A stretch of 64,000 nt of DNA from an uncultured cyanobacterium (GTDB lineage: Bacteria; Cyanobacteriota; Cyanobacteriia; Cyanobacteriales; CAWUOF01), in contig CAVUSO010000001.1 of assembly GCA_963744145.1 (NCBI GenBank), positions 6,912,001-6,976,000 on the forward strand, in the 5' to 3' direction. Below are positions 41,208 to 53,505 of this stretch, in pieces (positions within the stretch are counted from its first letter, which is position 1; each line of letters opens with the position of its first letter). A program made the position numbers and the translations under genes. The notes under the pieces were generated by a model, which was given only the letters and a program-made list of their open reading frames with translations, was not told the DNA's origin and searched no databases.

Positions 41208-41404
41208 GCAGTAACTAGATAGTTCTGACTTTTAACCTGATTTTTCATTTAGAATATCAGTTTTTGGCTTGGTTCAGTTGTTCTGGGTAGTAATTCTTGA
41301 GCTAGTTGATCTTGATTGGTGTATTTACCAGGTAAAATACAATTATTGGCCAAAGTTAGGATTTCCGGAAAAAGTAACATATTTTCACAAAAAAGAGAAC
41401 TAAC

Positions 41405-41962
41405 ATGACGGGAAAAATTATTCGCGGGTTAATTTTTGTAGTTGAGGACAATATTGATACTGATCAAATTATCCCGGCTGAATACCTGACCCTGGTTCCC
41501 TCTAAACCAGATGAGTACGAAAAACTTGGTAGTTATGCTCTGATCGGTCTGCCCGATCGCTATGGGAAATTTATTGTCCCTGGATCGCTGAAAACGCTCT
41601 ATCCTATTATTGTGGCTGGGGAAAATTTTGGCTGTGGATCTTCCCGCGAACACGCTCCCATTGCTCTGGGTGCTGCTGGTGTCCAAGCAGTAGTCGCTCA
41701 GTCCTATGCTCGGATCTTTTTCCGCAATTGCGCTGCTACTGGTGAACTTTATCCCTGGGAATCGGTGGGCAGATTATGCGATCGCTTTCATACTGGAGAA
41801 GAAGTATCAATCGACTTTGCCCAAAACCAACTGATTAATCATTCCCTCAATCAAGTATTTGATTTGAATCCGATCGGAGAAGTTGGACCAGTAATTGATG
41901 CTGGTGGGATTTTTGACTATGCCCGTCAAACTGGCATGATTGCTCAAAAAATGGCAAAATAG
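41405..41962 (+). CDS. leuD: 3-isopropylmalate dehydratase small subunit
   Basis: DNIDTDQIIPA, GENFGCGSSREHA, SYARIFFRN. Confidence 0.88.
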   Translation: MTGKIIRGLIFVVEDNIDTDQIIPAEYLTLVPSKPDEYEKLGSYALIGLPDRYGKFIVPGSLKTLYPIIVAGENFGCGSSREHAPIALGAAGVQAVVAQSYARIFFRNCAATGELYPWESVGRLCDRFHTGEEVSIDFAQNQLINHSLNQVFDLNPIGEVGPVIDAGGIFDYARQTGMIAQKMAK

Positions 41963-42019
41963 TTGTCTTGCTGGCAGTTAAACGCCAGAATAGGGATTAT
42001 TCACAAGTTATTTCCTCCT

Positions 42020-42364
42020 ATGCTATTGAAATCTACCACTCGTCATGTCCACATTTTTGCCGCTCAAGTCGTCAATAACGAGCTAATTGAAAGCGATCGC
42101 GTTTTGACCCTTGATATCGATCCAGATAATGAATTGAACTGGAATCAAGACTCTTTGCAAAAGATTTATCGGAAATTTGATGAACTGGTAGCATCCTACA
42201 ATCAAGCAGATTTAACCGAATATAATTTGCGTCGGATTGGATCAGACCTTGAGCATCTCGTCCGTGCGCTCCTGCAAAATGGTGAAATTAGCTACAATCT
42301 CAACAGCCGAGTAGTCAACTATAGTATGGGATTACCCCAAGTAGTTGCTAAAAATGGAAACTAA
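42020..42364 (+). CDS. ndhM: NDH-1 subunit M
   Basis: MLLKSTTRHVHI...LTLDIDPDNE...YNLRRIGSDLE...NYSMGLP. Confidence 0.95.
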   Translation: MLLKSTTRHVHIFAAQVVNNELIESDRVLTLDIDPDNELNWNQDSLQKIYRKFDELVASYNQADLTEYNLRRIGSDLEHLVRALLQNGEISYNLNSRVVNYSMGLPQVVAKNGN

Positions 42365-42590
42365 CCAATCCTCAAGTCCCCAACCAACCCGCTCCCCCTG
42401 GAATGATAAACCTTGGTGGTGTCAACCTTGGTCGGTGTTATTGACCGGGATCAGTGCGATCGCTGGGAGCTGGTGGTTGGCTAAAATGATCTGGTTAACA
42501 ATTATTGTGGCGATTCCCATATTGACCTGGATGGGTTTCTTTTTATTAATTTGGCCAAAATTGATGATGGATTACCCTGATCACAGCTAA
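42354..42590 (+). CDS. DUF6737-like small membrane protein
   Basis: KPWWCQPWSVLLTG. Confidence 0.8.
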   Translation: METNQSSSPQPTRSPWNDKPWWCQPWSVLLTGISAIAGSWWLAKMIWLTIIVAIPILTWMGFFLLIWPKLMMDYPDHS

Positions 42591-42825
42591 TCAATAGCAA
42601 ATTGCGACAGAATTATGATGTAAGAACTGGATCTAATCAGAATTACATCACATCAGAAAGTTGAGTATTATGTAGCTCAACCTCATATAGGGGGTAAAAC
42701 TTTCTAGGTAATATGGTAGAAAAAGTTTCGTTATCGTTGTTGAGGTTAACGAAAACAAACGTCACATCAGCAATCACACCTACCTTTGCTCACTCGCAAA
42801 TTGCTGATCGACGCGAGGAAACCCC

Positions 42826-45141
42826 ATGCAAAATGCTCAGTCCATATTATGTTGTTCTAACCCGAACTGTCAGGTAGTCAATCCTCCGAGTTCTAAATTT
42901 TGTCAAAAATGTGGTACTTTGTTGCCTAAACGCTACTTGTGGCCGATCGGCAAAAGCATAGAAAGTTATAAAAGTGGTGACACGATCGCGAATCGCTATT
43001 TGGTCACCAAAGAGCGATTGCTGCTTGACCTCAACCCCATTCTTAGTCCCCATATTGTCGCCGATTTACCCTCAGCGATTACTACCTATCTCAAACTATT
43101 TCCCTACCGATTACACGTTCCCCAAGTGTACGGAATTCTGCCGCGTGAACAGGGAAAAAAATCCTCAGATATTTGGCTCCTAGAACAAATCCCGGTAGAC
43201 CCGAATACAGGAAAACTTACCCCAGAATTAGCTAGCGTATGGAAAGGTACTTCCACCATGCGTCAGCTCAATTGGTTATGGCAAATTGCCCAACTCTGGG
43301 AACCCCTAGCTGCCCAAAATGTGGCTTCTAGTTTACTCGTTCCACGTATAATCCGGGTAGAAGGTCCGATTGTGCGGTTATTGGAGCTGGTTTCTGATCA
43401 AAAAACGCCCCAGTTAAGTCAGTTAGGTGAGTTATGGTGGCAATGGATTAAAAATTCTCCATCAACGCTTCCCAGTTATTTAGAGCAAATTTGCCAAAAA
43501 TTAATTCACAATGAAATCCACTCATCAGAACAGTTGCTCGAACTGTTAGAACCAGGATTAAATGCAGTTGGGCAATTATCATCTCGGCAAATAAATATTG
43601 CTACTCAAACTGACCAAGGACCCAGTCGTCGTCGCAATGAAGATGCTTGTTATCCTGAATCAGGGACAATTATCGCAAAGTCTCCCGGAAGTGATGCTTT
43701 AGCGATCGTCTGTGATGGAATTGGTGGACATGAAGGAGGCAATGTTGCTTCAAATTTGGCCATTAAAACTGTCCAGCAGCAAGTTGAAAATTTAGAATTA
43801 ACTGATATAGCTCCTGATAATTTAATTAGTGAGTTAGAAGAGTCAGTCCGTCAAGCAAATGACTTAATTGCCCAACGCAATGATGCAGAGCAAAGACAAG
43901 CTCGTCAACGGATGGGAACTACCCTGGTGATGGCGTTAGCTCATCATCATGAAGTTTATATTACTCACATAGGTGATACAAGGGCTTATTGGATTACTCG
44001 GACTGGTTGCTATCAAATTACTCTAGATGATGATGTGGCTAGTCGAGAAGTACGTCTAGGTTATGCAATCTATCGAGAAGCTCTCCAACAAGCAACTGCG
44101 GGTTCTTTAGTTCAAGCATTAGGGATGAATTCTTCCAGTATGTTACATCCCACAGTCAGTCGTTTTGTGATTGATGATGATTGTGTTTTTCTATTATGTT
44201 CTGATGGATTAAGTGATAACGATCGAGTTGAACAAAATTGGGAAACTGAAATTTTACCAGTTCTGAATGGAAGTGTTACTGTCGCAACAGCAGCAGCAAA
44301 ATTAGTGGAAATTGCTAATCAGCAAAATGGTCATGATAATGTGACTGTGGCTTTAGTTCATTGTCAATTGACTCCAGCTGGAAATGATCAGATTAATTTA
44401 GAAGCTTTATTTACACAATTAGGATTGGTATTTTCTCCATCAGCAAATAGTGCGATCGCTCATCATGAATCAGTTCATGATCATCGGAGTTCTTCCCGTT
44501 TAAAAACACAATTAATTCAGGATGATCGTCCCCAACTAGGACTCACTGGTCTGTTAATCAGAATGGTGATTTTGTTAGGGTTGGGTGGATTATTGGTTTA
44601 TTTACTGACACCTTCACTAGGAGAAAAAATTAAGACTCTGCTCCGCATGAATCCGATTTTGAATCCTAGCTCCGTAGAAAATGGCTCTACCAATCCGACA
44701 GTCACTCCTAGGTCATCTTTAGAGGTGAACAATGTATTTAAAATTAAATCTTCTATTCCCACAGCTCAGTTACAGTTGTTGTTAAATCTAGAAAAGTCTT
44801 CTCCTAGTATAATAGTAGCAGATGGTACTATTTTAAAGCTTGAACAGAAACAAGGTAAATCTGAGACTTGGTTGAAATTAAAGGTTTGTAAAATTCCTAA
44901 TCCATCAAACCCAAATTCTCCAGAAACAGCTAGTTCGCGATCGCTTCGAGCAGGAGATTCGGGTTGGATTGAACAAACCAAATTTATCCCTTTTATTAGT
45001 GCTGATTCTGTGTCAGAAAGTGAATGTGGTGTGGGGATTGATCCGGTTAAATCTGTTTCACCTCAATCATCTCCTGAAACTCCTCATAATGATCTGAACA
45101 AACAAAATTCCGATAAACGGGATTTTAAAAAGAATTCATAA
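42826..45141 (+). CDS. PP2C-family Ser/Thr phosphatase with N-terminal zinc ribbon and TM segment
   Basis: CSNPNC..FCQKCG; TDQGPSRRRNEDA, CDGIGGH, MGTT, CSDGL, GHDNVT. Confidence 0.92.
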   Translation: MQNAQSILCCSNPNCQVVNPPSSKFCQKCGTLLPKRYLWPIGKSIESYKSGDTIANRYLVTKERLLLDLNPILSPHIVADLPSAITTYLKLFPYRLHVPQVYGILPREQGKKSSDIWLLEQIPVDPNTGKLTPELASVWKGTSTMRQLNWLWQIAQLWEPLAAQNVASSLLVPRIIRVEGPIVRLLELVSDQKTPQLSQLGELWWQWIKNSPSTLPSYLEQICQKLIHNEIHSSEQLLELLEPGLNAVGQLSSRQINIATQTDQGPSRRRNEDACYPESGTIIAKSPGSDALAIVCDGIGGHEGGNVASNLAIKTVQQQVENLELTDIAPDNLISELEESVRQANDLIAQRNDAEQRQARQRMGTTLVMALAHHHEVYITHIGDTRAYWITRTGCYQITLDDDVASREVRLGYAIYREALQQATAGSLVQALGMNSSSMLHPTVSRFVIDDDCVFLLCSDGLSDNDRVEQNWETEILPVLNGSVTVATAAAKLVEIANQQNGHDNVTVALVHCQLTPAGNDQINLEALFTQLGLVFSPSANSAIAHHESVHDHRSSSRLKTQLIQDDRPQLGLTGLLIRMVILLGLGGLLVYLLTPSLGEKIKTLLRMNPILNPSSVENGSTNPTVTPRSSLEVNNVFKIKSSIPTAQLQLLLNLEKSSPSIIVADGTILKLEQKQGKSETWLKLKVCKIPNPSNPNSPETASSRSLRAGDSGWIEQTKFIPFISADSVSESECGVGIDPVKSVSPQSSPETPHNDLNKQNSDKRDFKKNS

Positions 45142-45229
45142 CTTGATTAACTTTTAGGTTTAATCTGGGTTAAAGTTAAATTAGTTTAACCTGTTAATCA
45201 TTTAATCTTGATAGAGAATATATTGCCAT

Positions 45230-45958
45230 ACGGTTCAGTTAACTGTAGGGGCGAACGCGAGAGCGTGCCGGAGGCATAGCATTCGGGCGATAATTCATCA
45301 CTTAAACCTTTACCCTGAGCGTAGTCGAAGGGCATTAATTTTAGATCCGAATGCTTCGCCCGGTTTTTCGCCGAGATCTCCAAAAACATTCTTAACTGAA
45401 TCCTATTGTGCTATAGGCGATCGCTTTGATGCGTAAATGGCCGAGGGCAAAGTATTTCAATTATGGTTCTATGGTTTGATTGAGGTTCACTATAATTTCA
45501 TCGCTTTGATTTATAAATGGCCGAGGGCAAAGTATTTCAATGATGGTTCTATGGTTTGATTGAGGTTCACTATAATTTCATCGCTTTAATGCGTAAAAAG
45601 GTCCGAGGGCAAAGCATTTCGGTCATGGTTCTCTGGTGTTAGACAATTCTGATCTGCCGAAATGCTTTGCCCCTACAAATCCGGACTGAAAATATAATCC
45701 GGTTCGGTTAACTGTAGGGGCGTTCGCGTAGCGTGCCGTAGGCATAGCATTCGGGCGATAATTGATCACTTAAACTTTACCCTGAGTTTACCCTGAGCGT
45801 AGTCGAAGGGCGTAGTCGAAGGGCAGTTAATTTTAGATCCGAATGCTTCGCCCGGTTCTTCGCCGAGATCTCCAAAAAAAAATCTTGACTGAATATAATT
45901 TAATATAAAGTTGATCTGTTGGCTTGCGAGAACCCCTACGGTTAACTGAACTGTATTG
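45230..45958. repeat. Mosaic of MITE/REP-like elements, 80-bp tandem repeats (45421-45600) and nested small dispersed repeats
   Basis: cggttcagttaactgtaggggcg...ccgaatgcttcgccc twice; inverted copy of the 16.1-kb REP hairpin (45605-45676); ccctgagcgtagtcgaaggg inserts. Confidence 0.8.
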
Positions 45959-46309
45959 GAATATACTACTCATTCCTCCGTGACTGAGTGGAGCAGCATT
46001 AAGCTCTTAAATTTTGCGAATATCTAAATTAAATGCTGATCAGCTTATGGTCAAAATACACATTATTAATTAGGTCATTATAAAATCTATGATCAAGATG
46101 GAAAATTGTGAGAGTAGCCTGATAAACTTTGGTCAATATCATGATTATAAATTCGGCAAAGATCTGATAGCTAATTTACCAGAAAACGCAGTAAGAGTAA
46201 TTGTCAACATATATAAAGTTTTGTATCAAGATTTAACATTTCTGCAATTTAGCTTAATATTGATATTGAATTGGTATTACAAGTAGCGAAAATCAAGTGG
46301 AGCAAAAAC

Positions 46310-47398
46310 ATGAAACTTTCTATTTCTAAAACCCTACTCGGAATCAGCATTGCAACATTAAGTTTATTGGTAGTAACTGGACAAGCCAAAGCCGCAATGT
46401 TAACCACTGGAACTACATTCAGTATATCGACTGAGGATATGTGCGATAGCATGGGCTTGATCGTTAACGATACTGATGCAAACCACACTACTGACAGCAA
46501 TACAGGTTGGCAGTATACATCGAATCCAGACAGTAATGGGGTAGATGGTTTCTATTGGTTAAATCCAGGACCTGATGGAATAAACCACTATCAAATGAGA
46601 GGCGTTGCTGTTCTAGAAACTGCTACTAGCATTATTGTGGCTTTAAATGCTAATATGCCATTAGGTGGAGCTCCTGACCCTAATTTTTGGCATACAGTCA
46701 CAGGTAATCAAATAGGATGGGGTGACTTATTCTTCAACTTCAAAGGTGAAACCTTTGATCAAGCTCAAGCCGCAGGAGATTTGTTTGGAATTCGTTTTTC
46801 TTCAGCTAATGCTTCTACTGTAGGTGTTGGTCTTTATAGTGATGTAAAAGCTCAGACTTTGACTGACCAAAAAGACGGTTATACTGTTGCTAATTTTGGT
46901 GGGATTGATGGTGGACTCAATTCTTACGAAAGCCAAGTAATAGAGGGTGGTGGTAAAGTAGACTTCGGCGATGTCGATACTAACTACTTTACTAATAACG
47001 GCACAGACAATACATTTAACCTGGATTCGATCGCAACAGGAACATTACTCTCACCAATTTCTTTCTTATCAACAGGTTCTGTGACTCAAGCATTACTAGA
47101 TACTGGATATAATGCTAGTCTATTTAATGGTCTAAATAATCAAACTATTGGTACAAACACCATTGCTTTCGAGTTTAATAAATCTGCGATCGCTAATAAT
47201 GCTCAAGCAGCAGCAGCAGCTAACATTATACCAACTACATCAAGTCAAGTACCTGAATCTACTACATCCGATGAAGTACCTGAACCTACTACATCAGAGC
47301 AAGTACCTGAACCTACTACTATTGGTGGGATACTGTTAGGCGGTTTATTACTGAAGAAAATGAAAGCTAACCGCAAATTGAATAATGTTGCTCAGTAA
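46310..47398 (+). CDS. PEP-CTERM exosortase-dependent surface protein (XDD3-like)
   Basis: Signal peptide, IGWGDLFFNF, VPEPTTIGGILLGGLLLKKMKANRK C-terminus. Confidence 0.88.
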   Translation: MKLSISKTLLGISIATLSLLVVTGQAKAAMLTTGTTFSISTEDMCDSMGLIVNDTDANHTTDSNTGWQYTSNPDSNGVDGFYWLNPGPDGINHYQMRGVAVLETATSIIVALNANMPLGGAPDPNFWHTVTGNQIGWGDLFFNFKGETFDQAQAAGDLFGIRFSSANASTVGVGLYSDVKAQTLTDQKDGYTVANFGGIDGGLNSYESQVIEGGGKVDFGDVDTNYFTNNGTDNTFNLDSIATGTLLSPISFLSTGSVTQALLDTGYNASLFNGLNNQTIGTNTIAFEFNKSAIANNAQAAAAANIIPTTSSQVPESTTSDEVPEPTTSEQVPEPTTIGGILLGGLLLKKMKANRKLNNVAQ

Positions 47399-47415
47399 TT
47401 AACAACTAAAATTAT

Positions 47416-47549
47416 GGTTCCTCCGCACTTGTGATGGAAAATCCCGTTTTAGGGCAGATGGCGAGGGGCAGAGAGCAGGGAAAAAGCTTACTACATAAGC
47501 TTTGTAAATTCAATAATTTTTACTGATCACCACAAGTACAGGGGAGCCA
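47416..47549. mobile_element. Possible MITE with imperfect ~21-bp terminal inverted repeats
   Basis: ggttcctccgcacttgtgatg vs reverse complement of caccacaagtacaggggagcc. Confidence 0.4.
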
Positions 47550-47555
47550 TCTTTT

Positions 47556-50500
47556 ATGAAGAGTATAAATATTTATTTAAGTATTATTCCTATAATTGTA
47601 ACAGTTACTAATAACAGTATTATTATAGCCCAGACTATCATACCAACTGCCAATAGTACAGGTACAATAATCAAATCAGTAGGCAATCAATATAACATCC
47701 AAGGCGGTAAATTATCCGCAGATAGAACAAACTTATTCCACAGTTTTGATAAATTTGGACTGAATACAGGTCAAATTGCTAATTTTATTTCTACTCCACA
47801 AATTCGTAACATTTTAGGAAGAGTAACGGGAGGAGAAGCCTCTATTATTAATGGTCTAATTAAAGTAACTGGTGGAGATACTAACTTATTTTTAATGAAT
47901 CCAGCAGGAATTGTATTTGGAAATAATGCGAGTTTGAATGTTACTGCATCATTTACTGCCACAACTTCTACAGGAATTGGATTCAATAATAATCAATGGT
48001 TTAATGCTGTTGGTAATAATAATTATAGTAATTTAATGGGAAATCCATTCCAATTTGCCTTTGATTTAACTAAGTCAGGAAATATTATCAATTCCGGAAA
48101 GTTAACCGTATCAATGGGAGAAAATTTAACATTATTAGGCGGTAACGTAATTAATACAGGGGAACTGACAGCACCTTCGGGTAATATTACTATTACTGCT
48201 GTCCCAAATCAGAATGTTGTAAAAATATCGCAACCTGGAAATATTCTAAGTCTAGAAATCGCACCACCACGAGATAATAATGGGCAAATATTACCAATAA
48301 ATTCTGTAGATTTACCAACTTTGCTAACAGGAACAGCTAAGAATGTAGATACAGGATTGAGTGTCAATACATTTGGTAATGTGCAATTAAATCAGTCAGG
48401 AATGATTTTACCAAATGAGCAAGGGGTAGCAATTACAGCAGGGAATATTTCAGTAGCAGGAATAAAGGGAAATTCAGTAGGTGGAAATGTAAATATTTTA
48501 GGTGACAAAGTAGGAGTATTTAATAGCAATATAGATGCTTCTGGTGTTGCTGGAGGGGGAACAGTAAGAATTGGTGGAGATTATCAAGGAGGGGGAATTT
48601 TACCTCATGCCACCCAAACTATTGTTGCACCCGATGCTAGTATTACTGCTAATGCAACAGGAATAGGAAATGGCGGCAAAGTAATAGCTTGGTCTGATAA
48701 TTTAACTCAATATTATGGCAATATAACTGCCCGTGGTGGTGTGAATGGTGGCGATGGCGGATTAGTAGAAACTTCAGGAAAAGACTTACTGATTTTTACA
48801 GGTGGGGTAGATGCGGGTGCAACATTAGGAAAACCAGGAACTTTACTCCTTGATCCCAAAAATATTACTATTACGGCTAGTTCACCCCTAACTACTATTT
48901 TTAACCCCAATACATCAGGTAGCTATTTTGGCTATTCAGTAGCCACAGATGGAAGCAACCTACTGGTTGGAGCATATCAGAACACATCGGGGGGAGTCTC
49001 ACAAGCAGGACAAGCCTTTTTGTTTAATACCAGTGGGTCGCTGTTGCAAACTTTCAATAACCCCAATCCTGTAACATCTGGCTGGTTCGGCAATTCAGTA
49101 GCTATATCAGGAAGCAACCTACTGATTGGGGCACCAAATAATACATCGGGGGGAGTCTCACAAGCAGGACAAGCCTTTTTGTTTAATACCAGTGGGGGGC
49201 TGTTACAAACTTTCGATAATCCCAATCCTGTAACACCTGGCAACTTCGGCTGGTCAGTAGCTATATCAGGAAGCAACCTACTAATTGGGGCAAATGGTAA
49301 CACATTGGGGGGAGTCTCACAAGTAGGACAAGCCTTTTTGTATAATACCAGTGGGGGGCTGTTGCAAACTTTCAATAACCCTAATCCTGTAACAGGTGGC
49401 AGCTTTGGCAGTGGAGTAGCTATATCAGGAAGCAACCTACTAATTGGGGCAGGAGGTAACACATCAGGGGGCGTCACATTTGCAGGACAAGCATTTTTGT
49501 TTAACACCAGTGGGGGGCTGTTGCAAACTTTCAATAACCCCAATCCTGTATTATTTGGATTATTCGGCAATTCATTAGCTATATCAGGAAGCAACCTACT
49601 AATTGGGGCAGGAGGTAACACATCGGGAGGAATCCAATTTGGAGGACAAGCCTTTTTGTTTAATACCAGTGGGATGTTACTGCAAACTTTCGATAACCCC
49701 AATCCAGGACCAACTGGCTTCTTCGGCTTGTCTGCAACTGCTATATCAGGAAGCAACCTACTGATTGGAGCAGCACTTAACACATCGGGGGGAGTTTCAG
49801 CAGCAGGACAAGCCTTTTTGTTTAATACCAGTGGGGGGCTGTTACAAACTTTCGATAATCCCAATCCTGTAGTAGGTGGCGAATTCGGCTTTTCTGCAGC
49901 TATATCAGGAAGCAACCTACTGGTTGGGGCACTAAATAATACATCGGGAGGACAAGCATTTTTTGGTAGTCCAACCTATCCAGGAGTATTATCTTTTAGT
50001 GATAATCCTAGTGCTTCAGTTAATGTTAATCCTACTGATATTACTAATGTTACCAATACAGGTACTAATGTGGTACTCCAGGCACATAATGATATTACGG
50101 TTGCCCAATCAGTTATCACCTCTGCTGGGGGAAATGGTGGTGCACTTACACTGCAAGCAGGACGCAGTATTTTAGTTAATGCCAATATCACTACCGATAA
50201 TGGAAATTTAACTCTAGTAGCGAATGAAACTGCCGCTAATGGAGTGCTAAGTCAATATCGAGATCCCGGTTTTGCTAATATTACCGTTGCACCTGGAGTC
50301 ATACTTAATTCTGGTACAGGTGATACGACAATTCGCATTAATACTGGTGTGGCTACAGGTAGTGGTGGTAATATTAGTTTGCAAAATATTATTGCTAACA
50401 ATCTGCTCGTCGAGAACTTAGGAGCTAGTAACAGTAACATTATTTTAAATACTCCCTTGACTTTGACCGGAAATATTACTTTAAATGCGAATGGAGATGT

Positions 50501-53454
50501 AATTACTCAATCGCTGACAACTCCGAAGAATAGCATTAGTATTACGAGCAATTTAGGTCAAATTGATACAACTAACGGCCCGCTTGATACTAGCTCAACT
50601 GGTGCGGGGGGAGATGTAACTTTAACAGCAAATCATCTCGGCATTATGACAGGTAATATTAATAGTAATTCTACCGGAAGTGGTAAAGGAGGAAATATCA
50701 CTATTACCAGTGGGGATGCGATCGATACCACTCTAGGAACTTTGAATTCTAGTTCAATGACAGGTCAAGGTGGAGATATTACCTTGAATGCGAATAGCAA
50801 TATAAAAATCGCTAATCTCAATACAAATAGCAATCTTAGTAGCGGAGCCGGAGGAAATATTACTCTCACTAGTAATGGCGGCTTAATTACTAATGTAGCT
50901 GGGACGATTAATGCAACTGCAAATTCAGGTAATGGCGGAAATATATCCCTAATGAGTACCAGCGATATTATCATCAATAATAATATCAATAGCAATTCTA
51001 ATGGGACGGGGAAAGGAGGAGATATTTCTTTAAATAGCACTCAGGGTGCGGTGCAGATTAATTCTCTCAATTCAACTTCAGCTTTTGGAAATGGTGGCAA
51101 TTTAACGATTAATGCGGCTCAGGATATTAAAGGATTGCTGCTCTTTGCTGATGCGACTAAAGGTCAGGGAGGAAATATTAGTTTCACTAGCACTAATGGA
51201 GCAATTAACATTAGTTCTCTCAGTGCTAATTCTCATAATTCTCAAGGTGGAACCTTATTTCTCCAAGCGAATGGCAATATCACCACGGGAGATTTAAGTG
51301 CTAAAGGGATTACGGGCATTAGTCAAGGTGGTCAGATTTCTATTATTAGTAAAAATACCGCGATCGCTGTAGGCAATATTACCACAACTGGTACAACAAG
51401 TGGGGGAAATATATCGTTACAAGCGAGTACCCAAATTACTACTAAACAAATTGATTCTAGTAGCATTAATGGAGCAGGTGGTAATCTCCTGATTAACTCC
51501 ACGGGAGATGTACAAGTGAGTAATATTAATACTTCTGGTCAGACAACGGGAGGTAATGTAGATATTACCGCAGATACATATTTGCGAGTAAATATACCCC
51601 TAACTATAGCTAATTGTGGCACAGTGAGTATTTGCACGATCGATAATAGTCAAGGAGGGAATATATTTCTCAGACATGGTGGTGATGGGGTGGTTCCATT
51701 TATCGTGGGAGATGCAACGCTCAATGGTACAGCAAGTGCAATATATAAAGGAAATGGGACAGAACAAAAGATTACGAGCGGTTCCTTCTTAGGAACTCAA
51801 GTGCAAGATAACGGGACACTGGGAATTATTACTAAGACCCCTGCTATATCCACCCCAACACCTGCTCCAACATCAACATCGACATCAACATCAACCTTTG
51901 CAACATTTGTACCAACACCAATACCAACACCAATACTAACACCAATACCAACCTCTGCTCTCACATTAACACCAACACCAACACCAACACCAACATTAAC
52001 ACCAACACTAACACCAACATTAACACCAACACTAACACCAACATCAACATCTGTACCAATAGAGGAGCATCAGAATAATTTAAATATCAATCCTGTGGAT
52101 TTAACTAAATTACCAGATCACCTAGATTCTTCCTCATTGTTCCAAGATGATACTTCTCAAAATTTGACCATTGATAAATCAATGAGTCAAGAATATACGA
52201 AGTATTTTGAGTCTAGCTGATATGGCAGAATTAAATACTAATAAAATCCGAGAGTCTCTGACTAATATTGAAAGACATACTGGGATTAGGCCCGCAATTA
52301 TTTATGTATTTTTTGCGCCTAGCACAATTACTCCTGTCCCTATCAATCATGATCTAAAAATTAATGAAAATACCTTAAAAGAACGAAATTTAGGGTTGTT
52401 AAGAGCGGGAATACCGGAAACCCAAGATCATTTAGAATTAATTTTAGTCGCAGCAGGTTCTCACCCAATTCGCAAGTCCTTAAATGTGACTAGAACTGAA
52501 GTTCTCGCGACTGCTAAAAAATTTCAGGATGCCATAGCTGACCAAAAAATCACGCGAGAATATGTAGTGCCAGCTCAACAAATGTATCAATGGTTAGTCG
52601 CTCCTTTAGCCAGGAATTTACAAGAATTGAATATTCAAAATTTGGTCTATATCATGGATCAGAAACTGCGGACTCTACCTTTAGCAGCGATGCAAGATGG
52701 TAAAGGTTTTCTGATTGAACACTATAGTGTGGGATTAATGCCAAGTTTTGCCCTGACTGACCCCAGTTATCAGGATATTCACCAGGCTCAATTATTGGCA
52801 ATGGGTAGCACTAATTTCTCGGAAGTCTTCCATCTCGGTACTTTACCATCAGTCAAAGCGGAAGTAAATTTGGCGCATCAAATTTGGGGAGGTAAATCTT
52901 TTCTGAATGACGAATTTACCCTGGAAAACTTAAAATCTCAACGGGAACATCATCCCTTTAGAATTGTCCATTTAGCTACCCATGCTGACATTGATCCAGG
53001 TACAGCAGACGACTCTTATCTTTATTTTACGAAGGAAAGATTATCTCTGCCTAATTTGCGTTCAATTAAGTGGAATAATCCCCCAGTGGAACTATTAGTT
53101 TTAAGTGCTTGTCAGACCGCAGTAGGAGATGAAGATGCAGAATTAGGTTTTGCGGGATTAGCAGTCCAATCTGGGGTGAAATCAGCCTTAGCTTCCTTAT
53201 GGCATATTTCCGATGAAGGTACTCTGGGATTAATGACGGAGTTTTACGAGCAACTGAAAACAGCACCAATAAAAGCCGAAGCTTTACGTCGCGCTCAGTT
53301 AGCAATGATGCGAGATAAAGTGCGCTTAGAAGCAGGAAAGTTAGTCACCAGTCAGCAATCTTTTCCCTTACCTCCTGAGTTAGTTGAGTTGCATCACCAA
53401 TTCAGTCATCCTTATTATTGGAGTGGGTTTACCATTATTGGTAATCCTTGGTAA
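47556..53454 (+). CDS. FHA-like (TPS N-terminal) beta-helix + 7 FG-GAP-like repeats + PT linker + CHAT protease, copy 1 (+1 frameshift at ~52209)
   Basis: NLFHSFDKF, NLFLMNPAGIVFG, GGLVETSGK, LLLDPKNITI; 53-aa repeats; HLATHA/LSACQTA; HPYYWSGF; one extra base versus copy 2 (tttgagtcta vs tttgggcta). Confidence 0.88.
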
Positions 53455-53505
53455 ATTCACCGACTCGATCGATCTTGGTCTTTGGACCATCCCCAATGGT
53501 AACCT

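Noticed and set aside
48977..49915. 312-aa antisense ORF (and similar ones at 62823-63524 and 9555-9890)
   Set aside because: Shadow frames of repetitive, Gly-rich sense genes.
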